DNA of 62,789 nucleotides, taken from NCBI GenBank assembly GCA_016286345.1, contig JAEESL010000003.1, forward strand, positions 1-62,789, in the 5' to 3' direction. The notes beneath the pieces were generated by a model, which worked only from the letters and a program-made list of their open reading frames with translations, was not told where the DNA came from and made no database searches. This document shows positions 9,703-19,560 of this stretch, piece by piece (position 1 is the first letter of the stretch; each line of letters begins with the position of its first letter). Position numbers and translations under genes: made by a program. The DNA is from Dehalococcoidales bacterium. GTDB taxonomy: Bacteria; Chloroflexota; Dehalococcoidia; Dehalococcoidales; UBA1222.

Positions 9703-10221
9703 ATGATAAGACCTGCTGTTTCTGATGATATAGAAAAGATCGCTCAGACTTACGACGAACTTCTGCAGTGGGAGCAGGAAAACGGAAGTACGACTAACTG
9801 GGTGTCAGGCCTGTATCCGACACGTAAAGTCCCTGAGGATAAAATACCCGTCGGTGAAATGTTTGTTCTTGAGGAAAACGGGGATATCTGTGCAAGCATG
9901 GTACTAAACCATGATCAGTTACCTGAATATGCTGATATCGAATGGCTATATCCTGCAGAAAATAACGAATGTCTGGTTATCCATACACTGTGTATTCCTC
10001 CATCAAAAGCTCACCGAGGCTACGGAAAGAAAATGGTTCAGTTCGCTTTTGATTATGCAAAAACACATGGCTGTAAGGTTATCAGGATTGATACTTATGA
10101 AAATAACGAACCTGCAAAAAGCCTTTATCAGAAGTTGGGCTTCAGAATAGCCGGGTACGGAGAATGTCTCTTTCAGGGTCTCATACCTGAGAAATTAGCT
10201 TATCTGGAATATCTGCTGTAA
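9703..10221 (+). CDS. GNAT-family N-acetyltransferase
   Basis: It has an acetyl-CoA motif A-like segment HRGYGKKMVQFAFDYAKTHG and NEPAKSLYQKLGF. I prefer the internal ATG at 9703 (GGTGGA RBS) over the track start at 9688. Confidence 0.75.
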   Translation: MIRPAVSDDIEKIAQTYDELLQWEQENGSTTNWVSGLYPTRKVPEDKIPVGEMFVLEENGDICASMVLNHDQLPEYADIEWLYPAENNECLVIHTLCIPPSKAHRGYGKKMVQFAFDYAKTHGCKVIRIDTYENNEPAKSLYQKLGFRIAGYGECLFQGLIPEKLAYLEYLL

Positions 10222-10235
10222 ACCGCTCATCGTAT

Positions 10236-12395
10236 TCAGTGATGAACAGTTGTGGTTTTGGCTGCTCTCTTATCTTCAAACAAATACATTTTAAGCTCTT
10301 CGATAGGCAGAGCTTTACTGTACAGCCAGCCCTGATAAACCTTTACGCCAAGTGACTCGAGAATATTACGCTGTTCCTGTGTCTCAACAAATTCGGCTAC
10401 TAGATGCAAATGCATACTGTTTGCGAGGGTCACCATTGAGACAATAATGTTCTGTGTAGTAGGGTTAGTAACATCGTGTACGAGAACACCATCAAGTTTG
10501 GCTTCATCAAAATATCCGGTTTGAAGGATCTTAAGGGAAGTGCTTCCGGCAGTGAAATCATCCACGGATAGTCTGAATCCGAGTTCTTTGGCTCTTTTGA
10601 GGATATCTTTGGTTTCGTCGTTGATATTGAACTTCATTTCCTCAGTGATCTCTATAACCACTCTATTATGAGGAATATTGTATTCATCAGCCAGTTTTGC
10701 AATTTTGTCTACTGAATGCTTACTTATGAAGAATGAAACAGTTGAATTGACTGATAGAGTAAAAGAATCAGGAAGATTCGGCAGTATTTCAGCAAAACTC
10801 TTTAATGCAAGCTGCCATGTTTCTTCTTCAAAAGCAGATTCAAATCCGCCTTCCTGGGAAAGTTTGACGACAAGAGGAGGGTACACCATTCCGTAGTAAG
10901 GATGGTTATAACGCAGCAGTGCTTCGACGCCTTCGGTCGTTCCATCTGCTTTTGTTTGCGGCTGGAAAAACATCTTGAATTGATGAGTACGGATTGCATC
11001 TTCTATTTCGAGAACGAAGTCACTTGAGAAGTTTCCGACTTCACCGTCAACTTTCGTCAAATTAATTCTGTAGCCATCGAGTTCGCTCTTTTTAAGCTCT
11101 GCTAGAGATGCTTTGTAAAGTGAAATATCTTCCTTTGTTTTCATATCTTCGTTGACTTTGACAAAGGGCAGATAGACCAGTGCATCAAGTACCAGAAGCA
11201 GGAACGGGAATATTGTTCCGAATAAACTTCCATTGGTGGAAATATATGCGATAAGGCCGACTGGTGTTGACCAGATTGCTTTAGTATAAATGACAGGAAT
11301 CAGTCCCATTGATGTGAATGCATAAGCAAGCAGGAAGTTCATCAGAGGGCAGATAAGGAACGGAATCACAAGAGCAGGGTTGAAAATGATAGGAAGACCG
11401 AATACAAGAGGTTCATTAATATTCAACAGTGAAGGTGCAATTGAAAGGTATGCAATTCTTCTTGTGTCTTTTCTCTTCGCATAGATGAGAAGACCTATAA
11501 GAAGAGCAAGTGTTGCACCGCATCCGCCAAGAAGTACATAGGAATTGATGAACGGCATGGTCAGAATGTTTGACGCAGTGCCGCCAGCTTCAACTGCCGC
11601 AATGTTTGCATCAAGGTTTGGAACATAAAAAGTGTTTTCAACTACCTGGAGTACGTTGGAACCGTGAATACCGAAACACCATAGTAATGAACATAGGAAG
11701 ATATATACAGATCCTGAAAGCAGTCCGTTTCCAAGATTTGTGAATATACTTGCTGCAATATTCTGTACATAAGCGTTCACACCGGGAAAATCACTGTAAT
11801 TGGCAATGAGAACTGCCGGAAGTGCAGATATCATTGCAATTAAAGCAGTGGGAATAATTGATTTAATGGAAAGATTAATAGAATTTGATCCGGCGCTGCT
11901 GAAAAGATTGTCGAACGTTTTGGATAAAGCACTGTATAGTCTGACTCCCAGGAACGAAGATATCAAAGCAAAGAATGTTCCGGCTGTTCCGAAAGCAGAT
12001 GTATCAAACTGGCCTGCATTGATAATAGTCATAGCCAGGAAAAGAAGCAGTGAAGAAATAGTAGACATAATGTTATCACCGGTGCCTTTGTCTCTGTATA
12101 TGGCAGAATAGTGATAAGAAAGAATTGTGACAAGGTAAATACTGAGAAAACCGAGCGTGGCAGTGGATATTACATTCAGAAAACTGCTTTGGAAAATTCC
12201 ATAGCTGTTAGTTTGTGTCCAGTCGACGTATGCCTGTATAGGAAACCAGTTTATTGCTACAGCAAATGCTCCTATCAATACTATCGGAAGAAGATTCATA
12301 AAAGAACGTCTCAATGCTTTTGCAAACGGCATTGAGGCGATTACCGATACCTTTTCAGTGTACTTGCTGAAAGGAGCAATAAAACTATCCATCAT
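10236..12395 (-). CDS. PTS EIIC (lactose/cellobiose-type) permease domain fused to an EAL c-di-GMP phosphodiesterase domain
   Basis: 719 aa. The N-terminal ~430 aa are polytopic and carry LNINEPLVFGLPIIFNP. The C-terminal ~250 aa carry FFQPQ, EALLRY, EITE, DDFTAG, KLDG, EFVET and QGWLY. Confidence 0.85.
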   Translation of the reverse strand: MMDSFIAPFSKYTEKVSVIASMPFAKALRRSFMNLLPIVLIGAFAVAINWFPIQAYVDWTQTNSYGIFQSSFLNVISTATLGFLSIYLVTILSYHYSAIYRDKGTGDNIMSTISSLLLFLAMTIINAGQFDTSAFGTAGTFFALISSFLGVRLYSALSKTFDNLFSSAGSNSINLSIKSIIPTALIAMISALPAVLIANYSDFPGVNAYVQNIAASIFTNLGNGLLSGSVYIFLCSLLWCFGIHGSNVLQVVENTFYVPNLDANIAAVEAGGTASNILTMPFINSYVLLGGCGATLALLIGLLIYAKRKDTRRIAYLSIAPSLLNINEPLVFGLPIIFNPALVIPFLICPLMNFLLAYAFTSMGLIPVIYTKAIWSTPVGLIAYISTNGSLFGTIFPFLLLVLDALVYLPFVKVNEDMKTKEDISLYKASLAELKKSELDGYRINLTKVDGEVGNFSSDFVLEIEDAIRTHQFKMFFQPQTKADGTTEGVEALLRYNHPYYGMVYPPLVVKLSQEGGFESAFEEETWQLALKSFAEILPNLPDSFTLSVNSTVSFFISKHSVDKIAKLADEYNIPHNRVVIEITEEMKFNINDETKDILKRAKELGFRLSVDDFTAGSTSLKILQTGYFDEAKLDGVLVHDVTNPTTQNIIVSMVTLANSMHLHLVAEFVETQEQRNILESLGVKVYQGWLYSKALPIEELKMYLFEDKRAAKTTTVHH

Positions 12396-12575
12396 TAATG
12401 TTTCCCCTCAGTATAATCACTGCCAAAACACAAACCCTTCATATCGTATCTCAGAAGTAAATTTTACTGTTTGAAACTAAACTACACTATTATAATTAAT
12501 TATTACTAACTCTTAAACTACTTCGTTGATATAGAATACATACTTTTTTCATCACACTTTTCATCTGATGGTTAC

Positions 12576-12611
12576 AAAAAAACAGGTATGTTACAGAACA
12601 TACCTGTTTTT
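12576..12611 (-). terminator. bidirectional rho-independent terminator
   Basis: A-run, then ACAGGTATGTT (12582-12592), loop ACAG, then AACATACCTGT (12597-12607), then a T-run. Confidence 0.8.
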
Positions 12612-12629
12612 AATAATCAAACTATCGTT

Positions 12630-13568
12630 TTAATCGATCTTGAACAGTTCGACTGATTCAACGTTTTCGCAGTAAACAGTCAGATATGCAATACCTTTGG
12701 GAGTCCAGAAAGACATATGGATATCATAGCCTGAACCCTGATTGTACAGTTCATGATACATAAACTGTATATCTGTCCTGTATATATCTCCGTCAAGATA
12801 CGCAATGCTTCTGAGCCCCTTATCTTTTTCTGTGACTCTGGCTTTTTTGAATACAACTTTTCGATAGGGAGCTTCATCACTGGCAAAATATCCTTCGAGA
12901 GCTACAGTCATTTCAAAATTCTTTCCGTTTTTGCGGAGTGAAAGGAGACTGGCGTCATGAAGGCACACTGCATTCATGACATCGCCGGGAATCCTCTGTT
13001 TGGAAAGAGTTCTGTCTGCATTTCGTTCGATCTTCAGAAGCTGTTTTTTGTTCTCTTTGTCTTCTGCTTTATATCGGTTGTATGCATCCTCAGGGAGATA
13101 ACCCAGGGCAATCAGTCTTGCATCAACTTCTTCATTCATCCAGTCAGGATAGAAATTCTTTGCATTTCTCAGCCCCGCTTTATATGTTTCCTTGAAGAAT
13201 TCAATCGTTTCATTCGGATCAAATTCTCCACGGTTTTCGAATGCTTCCAGTTCCTCTTCATTTTCTTTTTTGATTCGTTCTTTGACTTCCTTCATCGTGA
13301 GGTTTTTGCGGACTTCTCCGGTGCTTTCGTTGATTTCAACCCAATCGGCGGGATTGAAGGTAGCCTTTGTGATAGATTCAGGAGTGTATTCAAATTCAGG
13401 AGGGGTATTGAAGAATTTTCTGTCGGCTGCGATTTCTTTTTTCAGAGCTTTGTTATACAACGCTTTGATTTCTGCTGTTGTATAAGTGCGCTGTGGTATT
13501 TTCTTGAAATCATCACTCAAACCGACTAACTGGAGCAGTTCATAGTATTCTCTGGTATAGTATTTCAT
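12630..13568 (-). CDS. hypothetical protein (possibly DUF4085-like)
   Basis: 312 aa with a strong RBS (AAGGAGG). The MKYYTREYYELLQ N-terminus resembles, from memory, the DUF4085 family start MKYFTKEWYE. No catalytic motif is recognised. Confidence 0.5.
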   Translation of the reverse strand: MKYYTREYYELLQLVGLSDDFKKIPQRTYTTAEIKALYNKALKKEIAADRKFFNTPPEFEYTPESITKATFNPADWVEINESTGEVRKNLTMKEVKERIKKENEEELEAFENRGEFDPNETIEFFKETYKAGLRNAKNFYPDWMNEEVDARLIALGYLPEDAYNRYKAEDKENKKQLLKIERNADRTLSKQRIPGDVMNAVCLHDASLLSLRKNGKNFEMTVALEGYFASDEAPYRKVVFKKARVTEKDKGLRSIAYLDGDIYRTDIQFMYHELYNQGSGYDIHMSFWTPKGIAYLTVYCENVESVELFKID

Positions 13569-13598
13569 TTTTCGCTTCCTCCTTACAGAATGCGTATA

Positions 13599-14285
13599 TT
13601 AATTTGAGGCATTTTGTCTTTTTATAATGTTCTTTTTAATAAGCTTTCTGATAGGTCTTGCCGGTAGTCCGAGTACAATTTTTATCGGATTTGAAGCTGA
13701 ATAATGTACTTTGCCTTGCCTTAGTGCATCAAGAAAACCATCTTTTCCGCTGAATTCAGGTATTTCAACATAAGCTCTTCCTATCTCACTTGGAACATGG
13801 GCATCGCTTCCTGCACTGACTGGCTTATTATATTTTACCGCAAAATTCTTCGGCCTGCTCATATTCTGGAAAGGAATTGTCCTGGCATTTCTTATTTCCA
13901 CAATATCGATCAGATCATGTATTCTTTCAAGGGTTTCTTCCTGCATGGCATGTCCTCGATACGGATCGAATGGGTGAGGAATACATGCAAGTCCGTTCTG
14001 CTCGTGAATGATTTTTATGGTTTCTTCCGGAGATAGGTTGTTGGGAATGCTTTCCTGAAGGAACAATCCTATGATCTCTCCTTCATTTGTGCATATCTCC
14101 TCGGAAACTATAACTTTGAAGGGGAGATCCATTTTTGAAAGCGCCAGTGATCCATTTGCATTTCCGTGATCACAAACTGCAATGCATCCGAGGTTTCTTT
14201 TGACGGCAGTTTCGATTATTTTATCCAGCGTGTTGACAGAGTCACCTGAATAAGAAGAATGAACATGTAAATCTGTTTTTATCAT
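13599..14285 (-). CDS. PHP-domain metal-dependent phosphoesterase
   Basis: 228 aa. It has DLHVHSSYSGDS, AVCDHGN, IPHPFD and AGSDAH metal-ligand motifs. Confidence 0.8.
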   Translation of the reverse strand: MIKTDLHVHSSYSGDSVNTLDKIIETAVKRNLGCIAVCDHGNANGSLALSKMDLPFKVIVSEEICTNEGEIIGLFLQESIPNNLSPEETIKIIHEQNGLACIPHPFDPYRGHAMQEETLERIHDLIDIVEIRNARTIPFQNMSRPKNFAVKYNKPVSAGSDAHVPSEIGRAYVEIPEFSGKDGFLDALRQGKVHYSASNPIKIVLGLPARPIRKLIKKNIIKRQNASN

Positions 14286-14297
14286 TTATTTCCTTTT

Positions 14298-15347
14298 CTA
14301 TTTCTCAGCCTGGCTGAGAACCTGAACTGAACCATTAACTAATGTTACTGTGTCTTCGATTCTGACACCTCCGAAGGCAGGAATATAAATTCCCGGTTCC
14401 ACAGTAAATACCATACCATCTTCGAGTATGTCATTACTGTTAGGGGATACCCTTGGAAATTCGTGGCACTCCAGTCCGATTCCATGACCAAGAGAATGCC
14501 CGAAGTTCTTTCCGAATCCGCATTTGGTTATGATGTCCCTTGCATAAGCATCTGCGGTTACACAGCTGTCACCGCTCTTAATCGACTTTTCGGCTGTTGT
14601 CTGAGCTTCCAGTACGATCTGATAAGCCTGATCAATCAGAGGCATCATGCTGCCCAGAGATATTGTTCTTGTAAGATCTGATGCGTAACCATTAACTCTT
14701 GCACCGATATCTATAATGACTGCTTCGTTATAATGAATTTCACGTGTTCCCGGAATGTGATGAGGACGCGCAGCATTCGGCCCGGATGCAACTATTACAT
14801 CGAATGGAAGAACCTCTGAGCCTGCCTCTCTCATAAATTTTTCGATTTCCCACGCAACCTGTTTTTCTGTCATTCCTGCTTTCATGAATGACTTAACAAA
14901 TGAGATTGCATTATCAGATATCCTGACAGCCTTTTTTATGTTTCTGATTTCTTCGGCAGTTTTAATGCTTCTCAGTCTGTTGATAAAGTTACCCAGTGGT
15001 ACAAATTCCACATCAGATGTCTGAAGCAGGGCGAATGTTGAACAGACCATATTGTCAGCTTCATAACCGATCCTCTTTATCTGATTGCGTGCAGTGAGTT
15101 CTTTGAACCAGGAATCCATCGGTGAGTGAGTTTCATATATTTCATATTCAGGAGCTTCTTGTCTGGCCTGAACAGTATAACGGGAGTCTGTTATAAGGAT
15201 CTGGTAATTTTGTCCTATAAGCAGCCATGAATCATCTCCGCGGAAATCCGAAAGGTATCTGACATTGTATTTGTCACTTACAAATACAGCATCAAGCTCA
15301 TTTTGACTCAGGTAATCTCTTAATTTGTCTAATGAATCTTCATTCAT
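14298..15347 (-). CDS. M24-family Xaa-Pro aminopeptidase
   Basis: It has the pita-bread motifs IIDIGARVNGYASDLTRT, HSLGHGIGLECHE and FTVEPGIY...GVRIED. I prefer the start MNEDSLDKL at 15347 over the track start at 15389. It overlaps the xerC stop by 8 nt. Confidence 0.85.
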   Translation of the reverse strand: MNEDSLDKLRDYLSQNELDAVFVSDKYNVRYLSDFRGDDSWLLIGQNYQILITDSRYTVQARQEAPEYEIYETHSPMDSWFKELTARNQIKRIGYEADNMVCSTFALLQTSDVEFVPLGNFINRLRSIKTAEEIRNIKKAVRISDNAISFVKSFMKAGMTEKQVAWEIEKFMREAGSEVLPFDVIVASGPNAARPHHIPGTREIHYNEAVIIDIGARVNGYASDLTRTISLGSMMPLIDQAYQIVLEAQTTAEKSIKSGDSCVTADAYARDIITKCGFGKNFGHSLGHGIGLECHEFPRVSPNSNDILEDGMVFTVEPGIYIPAFGGVRIEDTVTLVNGSVQVLSQAEK

Positions 15348-16284
15348 CTTTTTTATCCTTTTCTTCCATATGTGCCATGGGATGGGCATGCATATATACT
15401 TTCTGTGCCTGTATCTGTGAAATGTGAGTATAAATCTGTGTGGTTGAAAGATCTGAATGTCCCAGCAGCTCCTGTACGACTCTCAGATCTGCTCCGCCGT
15501 CCAGCATGTGAGTGGCAAATGAATGGCGCAGAGTATGCGGATGAACATTTTTGTTTATTCCACAGTATTTTGCGTATTTTTTTATCATTTCCTGAATGTA
15601 TCTGTCTCCAATTGGTTTTCCTGAATTTGAGATGAATAGTTCACCATGGACGTGACCATCAAGAAGAACATCACGGCTGTGCAGCAGATAATCCCTGAGG
15701 CTTTTTTCTGATCTTTCTCCGAACAGAACGATTCTTTCTTTGTTGCCTTTACCTCTGACCTTGATGCTCTTGTCATTCAGGTCGACCTGTCTGACCAGCA
15801 ACTGTGACAATTCACTCACTCGCATACCGGTGTCATACAGCAGTTCGAGAATGGCTGAATCCCTTGCTCCTTCAGGTGTAGTGGTATCAGGACTTTCGAG
15901 TAGTTTCTGGACTTCCTCATGTGTCAGTACTTCGGGAAGGTGTTTTTCCTTCTTTGGGGAGTTAGCACCTTCGATAGTGTAGTGACTGATTATCTTCTCA
16001 CGAGATAGGAATTTGAAAAATGTACGTATGGCGGACATTTTTCTTGAAAGACTTGTTTTGCTGATTCCGCAGTCCACCAGATAACCCAGATAATCTCTCA
16101 GGACCTTTTTATCCACATCCTCAAGTTTGGAGATGTGCTCCATCTGGAGATACTGAAAGAGTCCGTGCGCCTCTCCGGTTGCATTCCCGACAATGTCTGT
16201 AGTGTAGTTGCGGATAGTGTACTTTGAGGCGTTCTTTTCAGTTACCAGATAATTCAGGAACTTCTGGAATTCAGCATCAAACAT
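15340..16284 (-). CDS. xerC: tyrosine recombinase XerC/XerD family
   Basis: 314 aa. It has ...GMRVSEL..., HTLRHSFATHML and LLGHSDLSTTQIYTH (R-H-R-Y catalytic set). It lies directly downstream of topA with a TAATG overlap. Confidence 0.85.
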   Translation of the reverse strand: MFDAEFQKFLNYLVTEKNASKYTIRNYTTDIVGNATGEAHGLFQYLQMEHISKLEDVDKKVLRDYLGYLVDCGISKTSLSRKMSAIRTFFKFLSREKIISHYTIEGANSPKKEKHLPEVLTHEEVQKLLESPDTTTPEGARDSAILELLYDTGMRVSELSQLLVRQVDLNDKSIKVRGKGNKERIVLFGERSEKSLRDYLLHSRDVLLDGHVHGELFISNSGKPIGDRYIQEMIKKYAKYCGINKNVHPHTLRHSFATHMLDGGADLRVVQELLGHSDLSTTQIYTHISQIQAQKVYMHAHPMAHMEEKDKKDE

Positions 16285-18497
16285 TATTTCTTTTCACGCT
16301 TAGCGGTCTTTTTGGATGCACAACTGATACATCTTTTACTCTTTCCATATTCAACCATGAGGCCTCCGCAAACAGGGCATGGTTCAGGAAGCGGTTTCTG
16401 GTTAATGGCAAATTTATGTTTGGGGTATGCGGAACATCCGTAGAATATTTTGCCGGCTTTATTGTATCGTCCGACAAGTTCTCCGTTCTCAGGACAGTCG
16501 GGACACTTGATGCCTGTTTTGTATATCAGTTTTTCCGTATGCTTGCAGTTCGGATAATCAGAGCATGCAGCAAATTTTCCAAAACGTCCGACTTTTATAA
16601 CCATTGGTTTTCCACAGTCAGGGCAGTCGCGTCCCAGCGGTTCGTCAGGTATCTTGACTCTTTCAACGCTTCCGGCTTTATCAAGGTTATCCTTGAGTGG
16701 TTGATAGAATTCTTTTACTACATCCACCCATTTGGCTTTGCCTTCAGCTATATCATCAAGTTTTTCTTCTACCTGTGCGGTGTAATCTGTGTTAACGATG
16801 TCTGAAAAATTGTTTACCATGAGATCATTCACGATTATTCCGAGATCAGTTGGCTTGAATGCACCGGCATCCTTGACCACATATTCTCTGTCCTGAATGG
16901 TCGAAATGATTGTGGCATAGGTTGAAGGTCTTCCGATTCCATTCTGTTCAAGTACCTTGATAAGAGTTGCTTCTGTATAACGGTAGGGTGGTTTTGTGAA
17001 ATTCTGGATTCCGTCAACTTTATCGGAAAGAAGAGTTTCTCCTTCTGTCAGTGCAGGAAGTGCCTTTGATTCATCTGATCCTTCATTGTCATCTTTCTGT
17101 TCGACATACAGTTCTGAAAAGCCATTGAATGTTTTTACATTTGAAGTCGATCGGAGTTTGTATGTGGTGCTTCCGCTTTTTGCATCGATGTTGACATTAG
17201 TATTCTCATAAACGGCATCGGCCATCTGGCTTGATATCATTCGCTGCCAGATCAGCTGATAGAGTTTGAACTGGTCAGGTGTAAGATAGCTCTTTATCAT
17301 TGAAGGCTCCCGGTGTAGCTTTGTAGGTCGAATACCTTCATGTGCTTCCTGTGCACCTTTGATCTTTTTACTGTAAACACGGGCGGTTTTGGGAAGGAAT
17401 TTATCACCGAACTTTTCTTTGATAACTTCTCTTGTTTCTTCAACTGCGGATGCTGCAATATGTGTTGAATCGGTTCGCATGTAGGTGATAAGACCGACAT
17501 TTCCATCTTTTCCGACAGATATGCCTTCATACAGCTGCTGAGCAAGAGCCATAGTTCGTTTTCCCGAGAACTTAAATCGTCTCCAGGCTTCCTGCTGCAG
17601 AGTACTTGTGATGAATGGCGGGTTAGGTGATTTCTTTACTTCTTTCTTAGTAATGTCCTTCACACTGTATACAGCTTTTTCAAGATCCTTGATTATCGCA
17701 TCGGCACTCTTCTTATCATTGATCTCTATTTTGGTTGATGTACCTTTGCCTATAAGAACAGCTTTGAAAGTCGTTTTATGGGATTCTTTTTTCAAATCTG
17801 CGGTTATTGTCCAGAATTCTTTCGGAACGAAAGCTTCTATTTCTTTTTCTCTGTCAACAATGATGCGCACCGCAACAGACTGCACTCGTCCTGCAGACAG
17901 ACCTTTTCGGACCTTTCTCCACAGAATCGGACTGATATTGTAACCGACAAGTCTGTCGATTATACGTCGTGTCTGCTGAGCATTGACCAGATCGTCATCG
18001 ATCTTTCTTGGATGTTTGAAGGCTTCATCAACTGCTTCCTGTGTTATTTCATGAAATACTACTCTTTTGTAGTCTTTGGCATCGAGTCCCATCGTTTCAG
18101 CCAGATGCCACGCAATTGCTTCTCCTTCGCGGTCAGGATCTGTTGCGAGGTATACACATTTGGCACTTGCTCCGGCTTTTTTCAGTGCATTGACATCGCT
18201 TGCCTTAGTTTTGGGAATGACATATTTGGGTGAAAAACTGTTTTCAATATCTATGCCCATCGTGCTTTTGGGAAGGTCTCTGACATGACCTTTGGAAGCA
18301 GTGACGGTATAGTTCTTTCCGAGCATCCTGGTCAGAGTGGCAGCCTTGGAAGGGGATTCAACGATTACAAGGTTGTCGCTTACAGGTATAGATACAGCGG
18401 ATTTTTTAGCTTTTGTTGATGATTTTGTTGTTTTTTTTGTTGCAGAAGTCTTGGCGGCTTTGGCAACTTTAGTTTTTGAAGTTGTTTTAGTTGGCAT
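16284..18497 (-). CDS. topA: DNA topoisomerase I with Lys/Thr/Ser-rich N-terminal extension
   Basis: 737 aa. It has a TOPRIM domain (LVIVESPSKA, DPDREGEAIAW), the active-site region ITYMRTDS, and three C-terminal Cys4 zinc ribbons. Confidence 0.95.
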   Translation of the reverse strand: MPTKTTSKTKVAKAAKTSATKKTTKSSTKAKKSAVSIPVSDNLVIVESPSKAATLTRMLGKNYTVTASKGHVRDLPKSTMGIDIENSFSPKYVIPKTKASDVNALKKAGASAKCVYLATDPDREGEAIAWHLAETMGLDAKDYKRVVFHEITQEAVDEAFKHPRKIDDDLVNAQQTRRIIDRLVGYNISPILWRKVRKGLSAGRVQSVAVRIIVDREKEIEAFVPKEFWTITADLKKESHKTTFKAVLIGKGTSTKIEINDKKSADAIIKDLEKAVYSVKDITKKEVKKSPNPPFITSTLQQEAWRRFKFSGKRTMALAQQLYEGISVGKDGNVGLITYMRTDSTHIAASAVEETREVIKEKFGDKFLPKTARVYSKKIKGAQEAHEGIRPTKLHREPSMIKSYLTPDQFKLYQLIWQRMISSQMADAVYENTNVNIDAKSGSTTYKLRSTSNVKTFNGFSELYVEQKDDNEGSDESKALPALTEGETLLSDKVDGIQNFTKPPYRYTEATLIKVLEQNGIGRPSTYATIISTIQDREYVVKDAGAFKPTDLGIIVNDLMVNNFSDIVNTDYTAQVEEKLDDIAEGKAKWVDVVKEFYQPLKDNLDKAGSVERVKIPDEPLGRDCPDCGKPMVIKVGRFGKFAACSDYPNCKHTEKLIYKTGIKCPDCPENGELVGRYNKAGKIFYGCSAYPKHKFAINQKPLPEPCPVCGGLMVEYGKSKRCISCASKKTAKREKK

Positions 18498-18652
18498 TTT
18501 TCCATTCCTGTAAAAAATCTTTACTTCCTAATTAATATAGGCAAAACAAAACAATTAAACAACTCTAATGCTGAAGAAATACAAAATGATGCAAATTGTC
18601 TATAATACATATAACCTGATTCAATTTTTTAAACCTTTTTTAAGGAGAAACG

Positions 18653-19540
18653 ATGAACGACTATGTAATAACTACGTGCTCAAGTGCAGATATGCCTGAG
18701 TCATTCTATAAAGAAAGAAATGTCGGATTTGCCATGTTTCATTTTATTATGGATGGCAGGGATTATCTGGATGATTTGGGAAAGACTATTCCGTTTAAAG
18801 TTTTTTATGACATGATCAAGGGCGGTGCAACTCCGACAACATCCCAGCCCAGTGTTTCACAGTACATCGAATTATTCGAACCATACGTCAAAGAAAATAA
18901 GAAAATACTTCACATAGCATTATCATCCGGGATTTCAGGTGCATATAATTCCGCATGTACAGCAAGAGACCAGGTACTGGAAAAGTATCCCGATGCAGTT
19001 ATCCATATCTGCGATTCACTCGCTGCTTCAGGAGGCCAGGGTTTACTTGTTGATAAGCTTTGTGATCTGCGTGACTCCGGCAAATCATTCGATTATCTTG
19101 TTGACTGGGTAGAGAAGAATAAACTCCGTGTTCAGCACTGGTTCTATTCAACAGATCTTACCAGTTTTTACCGGGGCGGCCGTATTTCCAAGACCTCCCA
19201 TGTATTCGGCACATTGCTCAATATCTGTCCTCTTATGAATGTAAGCAATGTCGGAAAACTTGTACCGCGTGAGAAGTACCGTGGCAAGAAAAAGGTAATG
19301 CTTGAGACTCTTGAAAAAATGAAATTACTTGCCGAGGGCGGTGTCAGTTATTCAGGCAAGTGTTTTATCACTCAGGCTGATTTTGAAGAAGATGCCAAGC
19401 AGCTTGCCGAGTTGATTGAGCAGACATTCCCCACGCTTAACGGAAAAGTCCATCTCAATTCGATTGGTAATCTGATCGGTTCTCATACCGGTCCCGGAAC
19501 AATCGCACTGTTCTTCTTCGGAGATCTCAGAGAAGACTAA
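18653..19540 (+). CDS. DegV-family fatty-acid-binding protein
   Basis: 295 aa. It has TSQPS, SSGISGAYNSA and GSHTGPGTIALFF motifs, and an AAGGAG RBS. Confidence 0.9.
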   Translation: MNDYVITTCSSADMPESFYKERNVGFAMFHFIMDGRDYLDDLGKTIPFKVFYDMIKGGATPTTSQPSVSQYIELFEPYVKENKKILHIALSSGISGAYNSACTARDQVLEKYPDAVIHICDSLAASGGQGLLVDKLCDLRDSGKSFDYLVDWVEKNKLRVQHWFYSTDLTSFYRGGRISKTSHVFGTLLNICPLMNVSNVGKLVPREKYRGKKKVMLETLEKMKLLAEGGVSYSGKCFITQADFEEDAKQLAELIEQTFPTLNGKVHLNSIGNLIGSHTGPGTIALFFFGDLRED

Positions 19541-19560
19541 TTCTGCATTTTTTTAATTGT

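Noticed and set aside
15340-16284. The tyrosine recombinase as the integrase of a mobile element or prophage.
   Set aside because: It is overlap-coupled to topA and an aminopeptidase in a housekeeping string and has the XerC/D-type RHRY motifs. There are no phage, IS or att-like repeats nearby.
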